From assembly GCA_965285935.1 (NCBI GenBank), contig OZ260663.1, positions 99,448,001-99,512,000 of the forward strand: a stretch of 64,000 nt of DNA. Reading direction: 5' to 3'. The translations under genes were made by a program, and so were the position numbers. Shown here piece after piece: positions 1-13,329 of this stretch. Source of the DNA: Ophelia neglecta (Eukaryota). How positions within the stretch are numbered: the first letter of the stretch is position 1; the number at the start of each line of letters is the position of its first letter. Below the pieces are notes generated by a model. The model was given only the letters and a program-made list of their open reading frames with translations. It was not told the DNA's origin and ran no database searches.

Positions 1-46
1 TAGTGTACCATCATTGCAATTAGGGATATAAGTGCAAATGTTCTAC

Positions 47-1582
47 CTGTATAGTTCGTTGTAGCAATAAGGGTATATCCCCTTGACGTGTAATATGTGT
101 TGACATTTTCTACTGGCTCTTTATCAGTCATTTTCCTGTAGACAACCAGATTAAACTGGTACCGTGTCTCAGGCAGTAGTCCTGATACAGTCCCCTGCTG
201 CCACTCTGTTTTAGAGTAACGCACGTCAGCTCCTAGTAACCACCCCTCTGATGACGTTGTATACAGTCTGTAATATACATGGTATCCGATGTAAGGAGCG
301 GCTCTGTCTGAGATGTCTGTACTCTCCTTCCATCTCCACGTGACCGAGTTTGTGGTCAATGATACCGGACTAGTCGGAACCTCGTCAGAATGGCCGAAAT
401 TCATCTGTGCTAGTAAAACCAGAGTAAATCACTTTGAAAAAAGGAAGCATTTTCTTGAATTAATGTATATATTTGCTTCGTTCTGCGCATACGACGAGTT
501 GAGCGCGAAAAAACAACAAATTCCGAGTTAGTTACAATAACGATATATATATAATGATAGTTGACACTCACGTATTATGATATCACACTGGTCCCCTGTC
601 AGCCAATAACCCGTCCCCTGGATATCACCACAGCCATCAGTACACACCCCGCGGTCCCTGACACACAGTCTGGCCTTACACCCAGGGTTACAGACGTCAT
701 GGCATTCAGAGGCATCCCGGCAGGCTGGAAGCACAGAAAATCATGTTGAAGATTACCTTTAATTGATGTGCGTCCGACGGAACACTCATCTAAAGGAGTA
801 ATAATTCACTGATAACATGGGCCACGTGTATAATCACAAAGTGGTCAGTTAAATACTAGGGAATTGTGTGAATACAAGTTTATTTATTTTTTAAAGTTAA
901 TTAAGCTACCTGTTTTTCCGCATAACGTTTGCACGTGCCAAATATAGCTAATAATGTATATGAAACACGTGTGTTATGTATGTATGATGATTTTCGCATT
1001 ATCTTATGTCCACGTATATGTACGTATGTTTATAATTTCCAGAAATTGAACAATTTAATTCCTCAGCCCCCCCCCCCCCCCTTAACACACACACCCATCC
1101 CTTTTCTTCTATGCCTCTTCCCTCTCTCCCTCCTACTTCCCAAACCCCTCTTAATACAAAGACAGTTTCGCCCCCATCCTAGTTGTTTGTTTACGGCCAA
1201 GACGAGGTCCATTACATACCCCTTTTTTTCTTCGAAAAAAGTGGGAAATAAACAGGAACTGGAATAACCGTACCAGAAGGAGGCAGACAAGGAGGAAATA
1301 ATGCTTATAAGTGAATCTCGTTAATATTACGCCCATTGGATAATATTCGCTATGGTTCTCAGTGGGCACAAGCTTTAAAATGGAGGAATTATAGTTGAGC
1401 TCTTGGTCCATTAATGAAAGAGTCGTGACTACTATATTATAATGGTGTACACCACACTATGTTTTTGTTAAAGTTGAAAAGAGCGTCCTACACTGCTCTA
1501 GAGTGATATAAAATAAAGATGTACCTTGTGTGTCCGCCAAGGACAGGAAGAGCATCGATAGACATATTTTCATAGCTCCCAT
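47..1582 (-). CDS. Receptor A, 5' part (signal peptide-EGF-FN3); paralog of Tyr-motif receptor D, continues off the left edge
   Basis: Exons 1525-1582 (MGAMKICLSMLFLSLADTQ, phase-1 GT), 572-724 (EGF-like CRDASECHDVCNPGCKARLCVRDRGVC...C) and 47-409 (FN3 ..VTWRW..YIGYHVYYR..WQQGTVSGLLPETRYQF..). All are GT-AG and in frame. Assignment to the short type is inferred from colinearity with 32593-34850. Confidence 0.85.
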
Positions 1583-2196
1583 TTTTTGTAGGGATTGAAC
1601 CTAAAGGGAGTTCCACTGGTGAAATGCTTCGCTGTTTTCCTTCTTCGTTAACTTTTACCAAAGTATATTAAGGCTGCATTCATTACCTCTGCATGATAAA
1701 AGGTGTCGGTAGAAATGTCAAATATGACTCGGTGCGTTCCCTTTAAACCGGTATTACGCAGTATTAACCTCAATATTCTGCTGCCCAAATAATCTCCGGT
1801 AGAGTGGGGATTCAAAATGTGTACTTCCTTGTTTGTGACATAGATCCAACCAACCGAGAACGCTTCATTCACCAATTTCTATACGTGAATATCGCGCTAG
1901 GGCAAGGGATATGCATTGGCGCTTTGCCTTAAGTCTGGTTAGGACGTTTCAAATGCGGATCCTTACCTTTTAACAATAATTCGTGAAGCAGTGAGGGCGT
2001 AGACAACCTTCACAAAAACTTACCTCTGTTGACGAGGTAAGGAGAATGGGGATAACTGTAAAACCCAGATACGAGACACAGATAATCAGATATGATATAC
2101 AAGTAATTTAAAACGTAGCCGTTTAATGTAGGTTTGTGGTAGGGGTTAGGCTTAAGGATGGAAAGTTTCACTAAGGTTGTTTGCTAAACCCTACCC

Positions 2197-2235
2197 TCCT
2201 CGCACATAGATTATTGGCCTCAGTCCGCCCCTGTC
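2197..2235 (-). promoter_or_regulatory. Conserved GC-box-containing upstream block shared by six first-exon cassettes
   Basis: cctcgc..g(g)cct(c/t)agtCCGCCC at 2225, 20549, 24716, 35500, 53198 and 55819, which is 630-770 bp upstream of each ATG. Confidence 0.45.
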
Positions 2236-5200
2236 TACATAACAAAGGACATCTCAAAGCATTCAAGGTAACCCAGCAAAATTCATATGTACCTTTAGAA
2301 ATGTGTTAAACGTCTGCAATAAATCCCAGTAAACTGTCTCATAGAAAACATCCATTATAGCTCCCGACGGAGTCATTGAACCATGTCTTACAGTGATGTA
2401 TTTACTATTTAAGGGCGCCGAGTGTAAGTTTAAGCAGCCGTACTTGACAATACGGTGTACGGTGTATTAGCAAGAACTCACCGCAGGTAACATCTTTATA
2501 TGAATATTACTAATAGTTTCTAATAATTATTTCATTTGTTTGTACCAATAGAAACATTTAGTACAAACAATGAATGTGCAGTAAAACATCTTTTCTGATC
2601 TTGGCATAGTTAACGCTGTGACAAGAGATATTCAAAATTATCTTCTTGCGTCCTTCATGCCAAAGTCCGATAATACATGTAGTCAATAAACGATGATTTT
2701 CTTTATAGTTAAATGTACTTTTTATAAGATAAATATCTGTATTAACGTATATAGTATCGTATCTTAACGGAGTATCTTATATATTTATTAGAAATCACAT
2801 TGAAAACGATATACAGTGACCGCAGGAAAGCTCTTTCCTGGTACACCGTATATACCAAGGCGTCTGTATATTTAAAGCTTGTGTTGCATTGAAATGCAGA
2901 CGACATTCCTGTTTGAACACGTTATGTATATATGATGACATTGGTTTTTTTCTTGTATCATATAAAGAGCAGGCGAGGGGGGGGGGGGGTTACCATGTAA
3001 CCCAGCAATAAATGGCAATTTGAGTAAGTGTACCGGAAACTAATGATTATCCGACTAACATGCTGTCGTACTTTTTCCAATCATCCATTAGTCTACCTTT
3101 TTCAAATCGTATTACAACCACTGATATATTACTTAGAACCAACACTGACAACGAGTTACAAAGAACGCTGGACATAAAATCGCTGTACAAATCAGGTCAA
3201 CCATACCATAGTGTCATTGCAAGGATCGGGCCACGTCAAGTGTTTGATTGAAAGAGTAATGTAGTTGCTGAATGTGTAGCAGTAACCATATTTGAATTTG
3301 AACCATATTTGAAGTCATTAAATGCACAAAGTCTGTCTTTAAAGGCTATATCCTGTGTTGTCATAGCAACGCATTTACCAGTTACAACTAATTTTGAAAC
3401 TTGATGCAACAAAGAAACTTAACTGGTAACTGGGTGAATCAAGTGGCGGCTGATATTTATCTTTACCGGATGATATAGTGAATGTCATAGAAAGTAGGGT
3501 AATATGCCTATTCTATAACAGCCGTTTCAAATCAGCAATGTTGCTCCATCCTCACTAGTCGGAGCACCGATTTCTAGTTTGCAGGAAACTAAATAAATCT
3601 CCTATCGTTTACATGTTAAATGAACATTATTCGACATCATTTTTCACATATTCAATAACATTTCTGCCCAGTGGCCTACATTTCAGGGGAAAATAAAATT
3701 AACACAGCATATGTACAAAAAAGTTGATAGAGGCCCTGGGAGAAAATGTGGCTACTTTACGTGTTTTTTCACACGAACCCATGAATATCCACTTATCTCT
3801 TTCACAATCCCACATTTCCAAAATAATAACCTTGCCTTAAATTGTTTAGTGTTCATAAGCATAGTATCTATATTTTACTATCAATATATATTCCAGGCAT
3901 TCCACGTACGTTTCTGCCTTATTGGCCTATCACAGGTCGGCTTGGCCAATCTCGACTACTGGTATCTTGGGGAATCTCTTATACGAATTCCACAAGCTTT
4001 GTCCACCGTGCCCAAAGCACACTCATTAGTTACTAGCTTCGCCCACCACGACCGAAGCCTAGTCCGAACACCTTCCTGTCCGGCTACCGTCTAATTTGAT
4101 TAACTGCCGGCTCTGGCTTATAATGCCAGCCACAACTTGGCAGGAATACACCTACTAGCCCTGTGAGAATAGTATGTGAAATGATTCACTCCATGATCAG
4201 CTCTCTTGTAAAGCTCAGGAAACGCCTCTCCGAGTGCTTCATGAACAACGCGTTAAATAACTCACTCCGTGAACAGCTTCCTTAAATACAGCCCACATTA
4301 TCCGCACAGTTCACAAGCTACAAGTGCTCTTAAGCACTCACTGACATAAACATGCCAACTATACTAGCTTCTATAACAGCTACAGTAAACCAGTCAATAA
4401 ACATGGGGTTTACAATCATATTTACTAATACCCAACATTATTAAGCCAAGCACTGTGCTATATGTAACACGCACACGTTTAAATGGAGAATAGGTCTTAT
4501 TATACATTTTAATATTCCTTGAACTGAGGTTTCTTACTTCAGACATGAATAACTAATAAAAAACGGTTTCCTAGCTGTAGAGTTTGCGATGGTATGTTTC
4601 TAAATATATTTGGGCGTACCAGGAGAATAATTGATCATAGCATTGCCTGTGGTCTTTCCAGCACATTAAATGGTACGTTTTTGTATTTCATAGCTTAGTA
4701 ACGATTAAAATCATCAAATCTTCCACGTATAAACACAAATCTACAAACATTTAAACTTTTTAATGGTATTATAATAAAAAGCGTTTATTAATTTTTTATA
4801 TCATAATACAAAATGTTTGGCAAGCAAATTACAAATAGAATATGCTAATATGTCAAGGGCCACCATTATTTTGTTAAATTTCATAATTTTTAATTAACTT
4901 GATCAACTAGACCAACATGCTGATAACTTGTATTTGTACAACGTCCTTATTAGCATTCATTGATATCACTGGCGCTACTTTATGAAATCATGACATCATA
5001 CTTATAAATACATTACTTCTTTTCACATTAATTATATAACACTTAGTAACTGTGCTATCGGAAATTCACAAATCCTCTCTCACAGTGTCACTCGACTTGT
5101 CAATATAGGAAATTAAACGACAAGCCTATATAGTCAAGGCATTTGACATCCATGTCTATGCCTCGAATTATTATATCATATAAGAAGAATTTCTAAATAA

Positions 5201-8200
5201 AGTCACACACAAACTTTATATCATAACAAGTTACATTGTCACATCATATTTAGGATGCACTGATTCCTCGAATAAATCTAACAAAAAAGCAAAACTTATC
5301 TAAACAGACTGTCAACAGACGCATTAAAAGAATGCAAAGGAAAGGGGCATATAGTAGTAGTAGTGGTTTATTTGTATTTCAATAATAATGTACATGACTA
5401 AGTAACTAGACAGCTTTACAGGACGCCATATAACATATTTGTATTTGTCAGTGTAGGTCATCAGATAGGAAGAAATATCAATATGAGTTGTTTATACACA
5501 GCAATATCTGGACAAATTAAACTATATAAAAATAAAACCAAAAAGCTATAGCCATCAGAGCTAGAGCCAGGCAATAATACCATCCGTACATGAATCTATC
5601 CCAGACTTGGTGTAAAACAACATTGACACCGTACTGCAATTTTGGCAGAAACTGTTTCTGCCCTTCGGATTTAAACTATATCCGAAAAAAAACCTTCTTC
5701 GAGATATCACTTTCCACCAAATATTTAAGATTTTTCAAAGCTGGTCCGAGAATACATTCCGGCGGTAGCAGAACCATCAGGATCCCGCAGGTGATCAGTG
5801 CACTTAATCACACAAACTTCTATTTCTCGACGATCCAGTTTTATCGGTGAAATGCAGTCCCGGGCTAAATTCCCTCCGAGCTCCCCATTTACTGATATTT
5901 ACAAAACCATCAGCCAATGAGGGGCTCGGAAGGCATTAAGCCCGGGCAAAATGGCAAACAACGGAAACTGCCAAGAGATTCAGTCATAAATTCAAATAAG
6001 GCGCCAAATCTAAAGACTCAGATTGATAGTTAGAGACTACAAATGGTGGCGAAACATGTCTCGATCACAACAAGCTCCAATCTCTGTGCTGTTACATTTT
6101 TCCATGCGTGTAAATATATACATTGTTAATTTTACTGTTGTTCAAACAGGATGCTTTATAAGTGTTCTGGTGTACTTTGTCCTTTCTGTTGGCTTTGTAA
6201 TTAAATGCGGAAATATAATTATGTGATATATAAGCAAGCTTGTACAATTGACAAGATTTGCAATTTAGGTCGCTACTCTGAGTTGTACGTACTACCATTG
6301 ACATTTCTGGCGTTGAAGAAACCGGATATCTTGAAGCTCATCCTTACTGGAAGTTGGCATATGAGGCATATCTGGACATACAGTGCAATGCCAGATCATG
6401 GAGGTATCTGTACTGAGCCTGTAACGACAAGGGTACGGGACAATACTGTATAGTTGCTAGACCAAGGCCTTCACCAATAAAATACAAAAGTGAAGAGCGG
6501 ATTACAAACACGATAACTACATCGTTGATAAATATATTAATTTTCCTTTAACGGAAAACAATGAAATCGAATAGTAGTTAGCATAAAGTTACAGGATTAA
6601 ATACTCGAAGTCATTTAAAGAAAATAAATCTTGAAACATGGGCTATTATAAAACACATGAAATAAATACATAAATAATTATAATGCTCTGTTCTTTTCGT
6701 ACCAGTGAGTTAACAAACTGGGGTCTTCGGTCGCAGACGTAACGGAGACAAAGGAACACGTCGACCGCTTGGTCGACTTTCATCTTCTCTAAAATACAGT
6801 TGGCAGCACAAAACAGGCCACTCCTCATCGCCCCGTCCCTGGAGGAAAAAGAACATAAGCAAGTCGGTTTGGATTTGTTCAAAATATTTAGATAATCGGA
6901 TGAAGTTTCATATTTTAATAATCATTACAGGATGAGGAAACATCGTAGGCCCTCCCCCGATCCCACCCCTAAATACTTACATGCACTGTACAATGATTGG
7001 TTTGGCATGGTCTCTATCTCTCATCCAACTTTCTATTGTGTCTAAGAGATCCAAGAGAGAGTTCATCCCTGGCAGCTCACTGGTGTCCGGCCAATCCGAT
7101 AACTGGAACTGCCTTACAATCAACGGCTCGCTGTCATCCTGTACGAGGAAATCATATACTCAACGCTTGATACTTATTTTAAGAAGCTATTAAAATGCCC
7201 CCAACTGTATGGAGCAGTATAAATAGTGTCGTAGCGGGTATTTTTTCTTATATCACCAAAGTCGGTTTTACCAAGAACACACAGATGAAAGACATCAATG
7301 TTTATTTCACTATTTGGTCATGTGTATACCTCGTCTGGTTCTGTGACTTGGAACTCTCTAACAAGGATAGGCCCGACTGTCTCTGTTAATATGATCTCCA
7401 CTTGTATTCCGCCGTACATCGGTCTGTGGTACTCGTCGGCGTCTGGCCAGTAACTCGGAAACGACTGAGAAGAGAGAAACGAGTTGTTTGCAGAGATAGG
7501 AAACAGCAAAATTCATGAAGCTAATGGCTCGCAAAATTTCATTCCATATGCACATTACCGTAATTGTAATTGTGGGCATTGGGTCCAGAATGAAGGTTAT
7601 AATTCATGCTAATATTATTGTCTTATGTTTAGCTTACCTCCTTTACATATCAGGGTACGAATCATTATGCGGATTACTAGACGTACTGAATGCATTTATT
7701 ATAAATATAGATATGGATAATCGCCGTTACCGAGTCATTCCCATCTTGTTTGTCCAGAAGTACAATAGTAGAAGCTTTCTGCTGGTAGACCAGGCGCCAG
7801 AAGTCGTTCATTGTATTGGTCAGCGGCATTTGGGTGGCGATCATTGCATTCTCCTTCCGATATGTCTAATCATGTAACAAATAATGCTACAAATTGGATA
7901 ATTAGGTTTATATTTTGTTTTGGGTTGAAGGGGACGGAACCTTATGATAGTGTGTAAACATTAAAGTTCACTAGCATCATTTAAACGCTGTCTACAGATT
8001 TGAAAACCGTCAAACACATTTCCCGGATGATGAGAGTTATATATTTGTCTAGAGGCTTAAAGGAAATACAGTTGTGCTTAAAATCGAACCCTCCATCTTG
8101 CAATGATAGAGTAAATAAAATCCTACATACTTAGTACATAATAGCAAAAAAGTCCGCATTCAACAAATGCGGCATTATATTGCTTTCAAAGTTACAGCCA

Positions 8201-11200
8201 TGAGCCCAAATAATCTCCCACTGGGCATATACTACTTTCTTTAATTACGTTCTTACATCCACGAAAACGGCATTGATGTAAGTTCCCTCTTTTTCCGAAG
8301 TCTTCTTCAGTACAGGAAAGTCATCGTCTCCTGTACGAAGATTAATTAAAGTTAATTAAGGTATACCTTATACATAATGCAAAATTACAGATACGAGAAG
8401 CGGATACACAGATAGAGAGTATAAGGAAATTGGCTTCATGTATAAGGTTTGGTATGTTTCAGTTAAATTCGCATAGCAAAACTATACGCCTAACACCGTT
8501 TCAACCAAAACTAGTTGTATCCGTACAAGTGCATCTCGTATTTCACTCGTGTCTCGTTTCTAGTTTTAAAATATGGCGTAAACCAAGCTAAAGAAAATGC
8601 TTCTTGATTTATTTTTTTCTACAAATATAAAACCATGCAAACTTGTCAGTACATACTAGGAACGATCTCGTCATTTCTGTTCTTGTCGGTGTTTTCATCC
8701 AGAAGGCCAATCAGGTTTTCCCGTTCGATTGTCGCTTTGACGCTGTTCAATTTCTAAAGATAATATTAAACATGTCATTCCTTTAACAATATTGCGCTAT
8801 AAGTACCAGGCACAATTATTGTGACATCCGGATTCCATTTGAAGATGTTGGTGTCTATAGCTAAGATAAAACATTATTAATTCCATATAGCCTTGTTTGT
8901 CCGAAAAGAATTAACATTGACACATGTGTATCCAGAATATACTTTGTAATGCCAGATACCTAGCTACAGGGTTAATTAGTACCTCAAATTGTTCCCCTAG
9001 AGGTGTCGTCTTATTTTCATTAACAGTCCCAAGGGCATTCATTGTCAACTGGAGGTTGCCGCATGGAATGGAGGTGTCTCCGCAGGTCACATGGTCAAGC
9101 AGAGCTTTATAAACGAACTCGTATTGGGCCTGTAATAGCCTATGTTTTAGTGTAAAGCTAAGCATGGCATAATAAGAGAAGTATCAGGCAATGGAAACGG
9201 GGAGAAAGTTGAATATTCCCTAGACGGATCCATTAACCTAAGTACTATTAATGTACTTCTGTATCGTACTAGATTTGGGGCTGCGTATATCTTCTTTTAT
9301 CAGGACCGTTACCTTAGTTTGTACCATCTTGAGCCTCTCCCGCCTCAGGCAGTTGACCAATGAGAAGACGTCCACTTTACACTCCGCCTCGGCTTGTTGT
9401 ATCAGACAATCCAGGGCGATAAATGTCCCAGTTCGTCCTACCCCGGCACTGAAGCGAATAACAGCCAATAAACTAACATCCATTACAATACAGTGTGTAT
9501 GCCACTCTTTATTTCGTTATATCATTTTATTATAATTAAGTTCTCTTCAATAACAACCCTCTTCCCACAACCCAATCGCCACATAAATTTATTAACTATC
9601 CGAGAGAAAATTTACTGTGTTGCATTTCTCTTATCAAATAGTTATTTCCTGTTGTTTCTGTTTACCTGCAGTGCACGATCATTGGGCCCTTACTGACGCT
9701 GTCAAAGGATCTGACCTTCCTTCTGAAGGCAAGCAGAGGGTAAGCCTGCTCCGGAGCCTTCTTGTCGGGCCATTGCAGAAATTGCATATGACGTACAGTC
9801 CTGGATTCTTTCTGTACAATAAACAATGTATGATTAGTTTCGCTTTTACTACTTTGGTTTATTATGAGCATTAAGGGCGGTGTCTTTTGGTGTTTTTCGA
9901 CATTTGATATGGCTTAAAGCAATTAAAGATGAATGTTTCTTATGCATTGACGTTATGGCTGAAAGTACCCATACTTATGTCATGTGATCAGCAGTTTTCC
10001 GGACAAGGTGTTGCGGCTAAAACTCAATAGGTGGCGGAGAAGCAATGCAGCCCATGTAGGCTTTGGGTGATATTTGATTAACCATTGGACACACGAATGC
10101 CAATCAGTCTTAAGTGCAAATAAAGTTGGCTCACATTGCTGCATTACAAGTCATATAGTCCAAGAACCAAAATACACGTACCATTGATAATGGCTCTGAA
10201 TCGAGGTGGAGTGCAGAACGGTTTATCTAGCATATAGTACCCTGGGTATACTCTAATGGTCCATGTGTGGATACTATACCTTATGAACCGTTGGTTAATA
10301 ACACTACCGTGAGAATTTATCGTACATGAGCCAAAGAAAATAAACTGCTGAAAACGGGATCTTCAAGTTAAGTACCACAATTCTGTTCTCACGAAATTGG
10401 CATTAGTACCTACCCTTTTACAGACGTTGAGTATGCAAAGGTTGTAATCCGTGAAGGCATCACGGCTGACTGTGGTGATCCTGTAGTTACCATACTGTTC
10501 CTGGCCCCCAACCGTCTCAGGCCAGTATCTCTCACACTTCCTCTGGTAACGAGGGAATAAGTAAGTTAAATAACTTCACTGTTAAATATATATGTATTTA
10601 TACCAGGTTTGAACAATCAAACCCGTTGAATTCTGCTTTGGTCAGATAAAAAATAATGAACATAATTTAGATATAGCATTGGCTTGCTTAAACATTGTTT
10701 TGATAAACTTCATAATTATAAGCTACATAGACAATGACAAACTTTGTAAAGATAATATGGTGACCTCTTTAATTTTCAGATATCTCATACAGGTATTTAG
10801 ATTTCCACAACAAATAAATATCAACTAGTCATATACCTTTTTATTTTCTACAAACTTGGTGAGCATTACAATTCTATTAGCTTTGGATTGCCAAATCATT
10901 CTCCACATATCACGAGTAGTTTGAGGCCTTGGTCCTGAAAAAAGAAAAGAGTGGCGACCCTGTAATCTATGTTAATTAAAGAACTTTTTAATGTAAAAGT
11001 TTGGGTATTTTTGTATATTTAGTAGAGTAAGTCTTTGATGAACGCACCTTGTGAAGCAATGTAAGCTTTCTCCGTCCAGTTGTATCCCTGCGGATTGAAA
11101 TATTTAATGGCATGGAAATGGATGGAGATACGAATATGAGTTGACAGTTGACGTCAATGGAATTGTATAATTTCGACACAATCTATCTGGCGATTAATAA

Positions 11201-12485
11201 AACCATCACGTATACTTATATACTACTAAAATGTAAATAAATGTTTCTTATGTCGTAAGATATTATGACCATTGATGGTTTACTGATTGTTGTAATATTA
11301 GTACATCTTACCGTGATAAAACTGGCGTTTATGTAGTCTGTTTCCCTAGCCGATTCTTCTATATCTAACACCACTCTATTATAGTCATCTGTATATGTAT
11401 GAAATGTTTATTATTCTGCTTCTACAGTTTACTCCTCAATTTATAAAGAACTTAATAAAGCCAACATTTTATCAGCCTCAAAAATGAAATTTCATGCGGC
11501 TGTTGTTCCACTATAAACAATAACAAATCACTTTATGTCATAAAAAAATCTTATAGCCTTTAACTAGTTCAGCAGTCAAAGACACATACATGCAGTTATA
11601 TCGTTAAACCTATTTTTCGGATGGTTTTCAGTCAATCGCCCTACAAGTATATCAAAAAGGGGTTCGCCTGGGATATCCTGAAAGAGAAGAAAACATACTT
11701 ATTTGCTCATTTTGCTCCTCACATCCGGTTAGACATATTCTGATGTTTTATTTTACGTTTTCCTAAATCAGAAAAAAATGACTTTATTTCAGTTGGAACC
11801 ACTTTGGTAGATTTATTAGTGTAGCAAGTGTAATAAATGGTCTTTGAGTCAATATCTAATTACATTTATATGACAGTATATGACAGCTTTAAGTGTGGTT
11901 CTATTGGCTGAAGTTGTGTTTAGGAAGAAATCGATCAGCAGTTTAATATACTTACAGGTGCTTTACCAGGCGTATATAATTCTGACCCTATAGAATATAA
12001 GTATAGAGCATGCAGACAATTTTACTTATCAAGTTCTTGTCCATATATACAAAATACCCCAAAACAAGAAATGATCAATCGTTTCAAACCCTAAATTCCT
12101 CTTTGAATCCGTCACTCTTCCCAGCTGGTCGTCGATGTAAGTCTTTAGATTCTCGACACTGATGACATTGGGCTCGAAGGACGGCGGGGACGGCAGGGAA
12201 GGCGTCTCATTCGCTGGACGATGTACCGTCAATTTATTATCCTCCGGGAATCGCACTCTCTTAATTCCCGTTGACAGTTTTTTCAGTTTTTCCAGTGTTG
12301 TTGGTTTCGGTGGCTTCTCCGGTTTGTGCGGGTTAGGTGATGTCTTGGTTGCCGGTTTTGGTGATTTATCAGGATTGGCCGCTGTGAAATCAGGCAATCA
12401 GAATAAATCACAACAATTGAAATGCATCGAATTCTACAACAACATCGCCAGTCATCCTTAATATTGTTGAGTTTATATGGATCTA

Positions 12486-12517
<32 letters not shown>

Positions 12518-13233
12518 TGCAGTTATCAGTGAATTCAGAGATGTCTGTTGACCAATGTTTAAAAGTGTAGCTGTTTAATCTAAGCCTCGGGCATATGCAC
12601 ATCAACATAAACATGGCTTTTCTAATGTTTACTGATTTGGATTTTTTTTTAAAGCAACACCTCATTTTTAAAATACCTATTTGTTCCGTAGGAATAATCG
12701 GCAGTAATTCTCCGCCATGCTCGGCATTATTTTGTTCCTTGCCTCCACCATGTACTTGGCACCTAGTGCACATATGACACGATTTCTTTCTACGTCTGTA
12801 AAAAATCCAAAATGTGATAACTGTATATTCTAAATCACAAGCTAGTTGCATTCAAAGCTTATCAGAACTCATCTATTGCTGGTGGACCAATCATATGTCA
12901 GCAAATTAAGCTTCATTTTGCGGTACAAGACGGTTAAACTCCCAAACCATTATAGCATGTATTGGCTTATGCTAATATGTACTCTAACACCTCCAATATT
13001 CAAGCAGCGTTTAACAGTTCCTATATCCGTGACCGATAGCTAACTGGAGGGAAACTAACAGTCCGTCCGATCGTAGGTTGTCTCCAAGAAGTCGGCGCGC
13101 TTAGTCTAACAGGAGCACTTGAATATCGGCGGAACTTACTTGTATTTCCCTGGCATTGTTTGGTTGGTTGCTAGCTTCGGATGATTTCGGGTTACCACTC
13201 CCGTTATGTTTCCAAACGCAGTTATAGTATAAT

Positions 13234-13329
13234 ATGAGGCTTTATGACCCCATAGACCATTTTTGTATAAAGTTTTGACATGCCACTTAATACTATTCTT
13301 CATTGGTCTAGTAGGTCATAAAGACTCAT
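13234..13329. mobile_element. Short inverted-repeat (MITE-like) remnant, also at ~46342-46437
   Basis: atgaggctttatgaccccatagacca ... tggtctagtaggtcataaagactcat form imperfect ~26-bp inverted repeats. Confidence 0.45.

Noticed and set aside
3860-4440. GC-richer block (also ~37100-37690) with ~127-aa ORFs
   Set aside because: ORF limits and frames differ between the two copies and no domain is recognisable.
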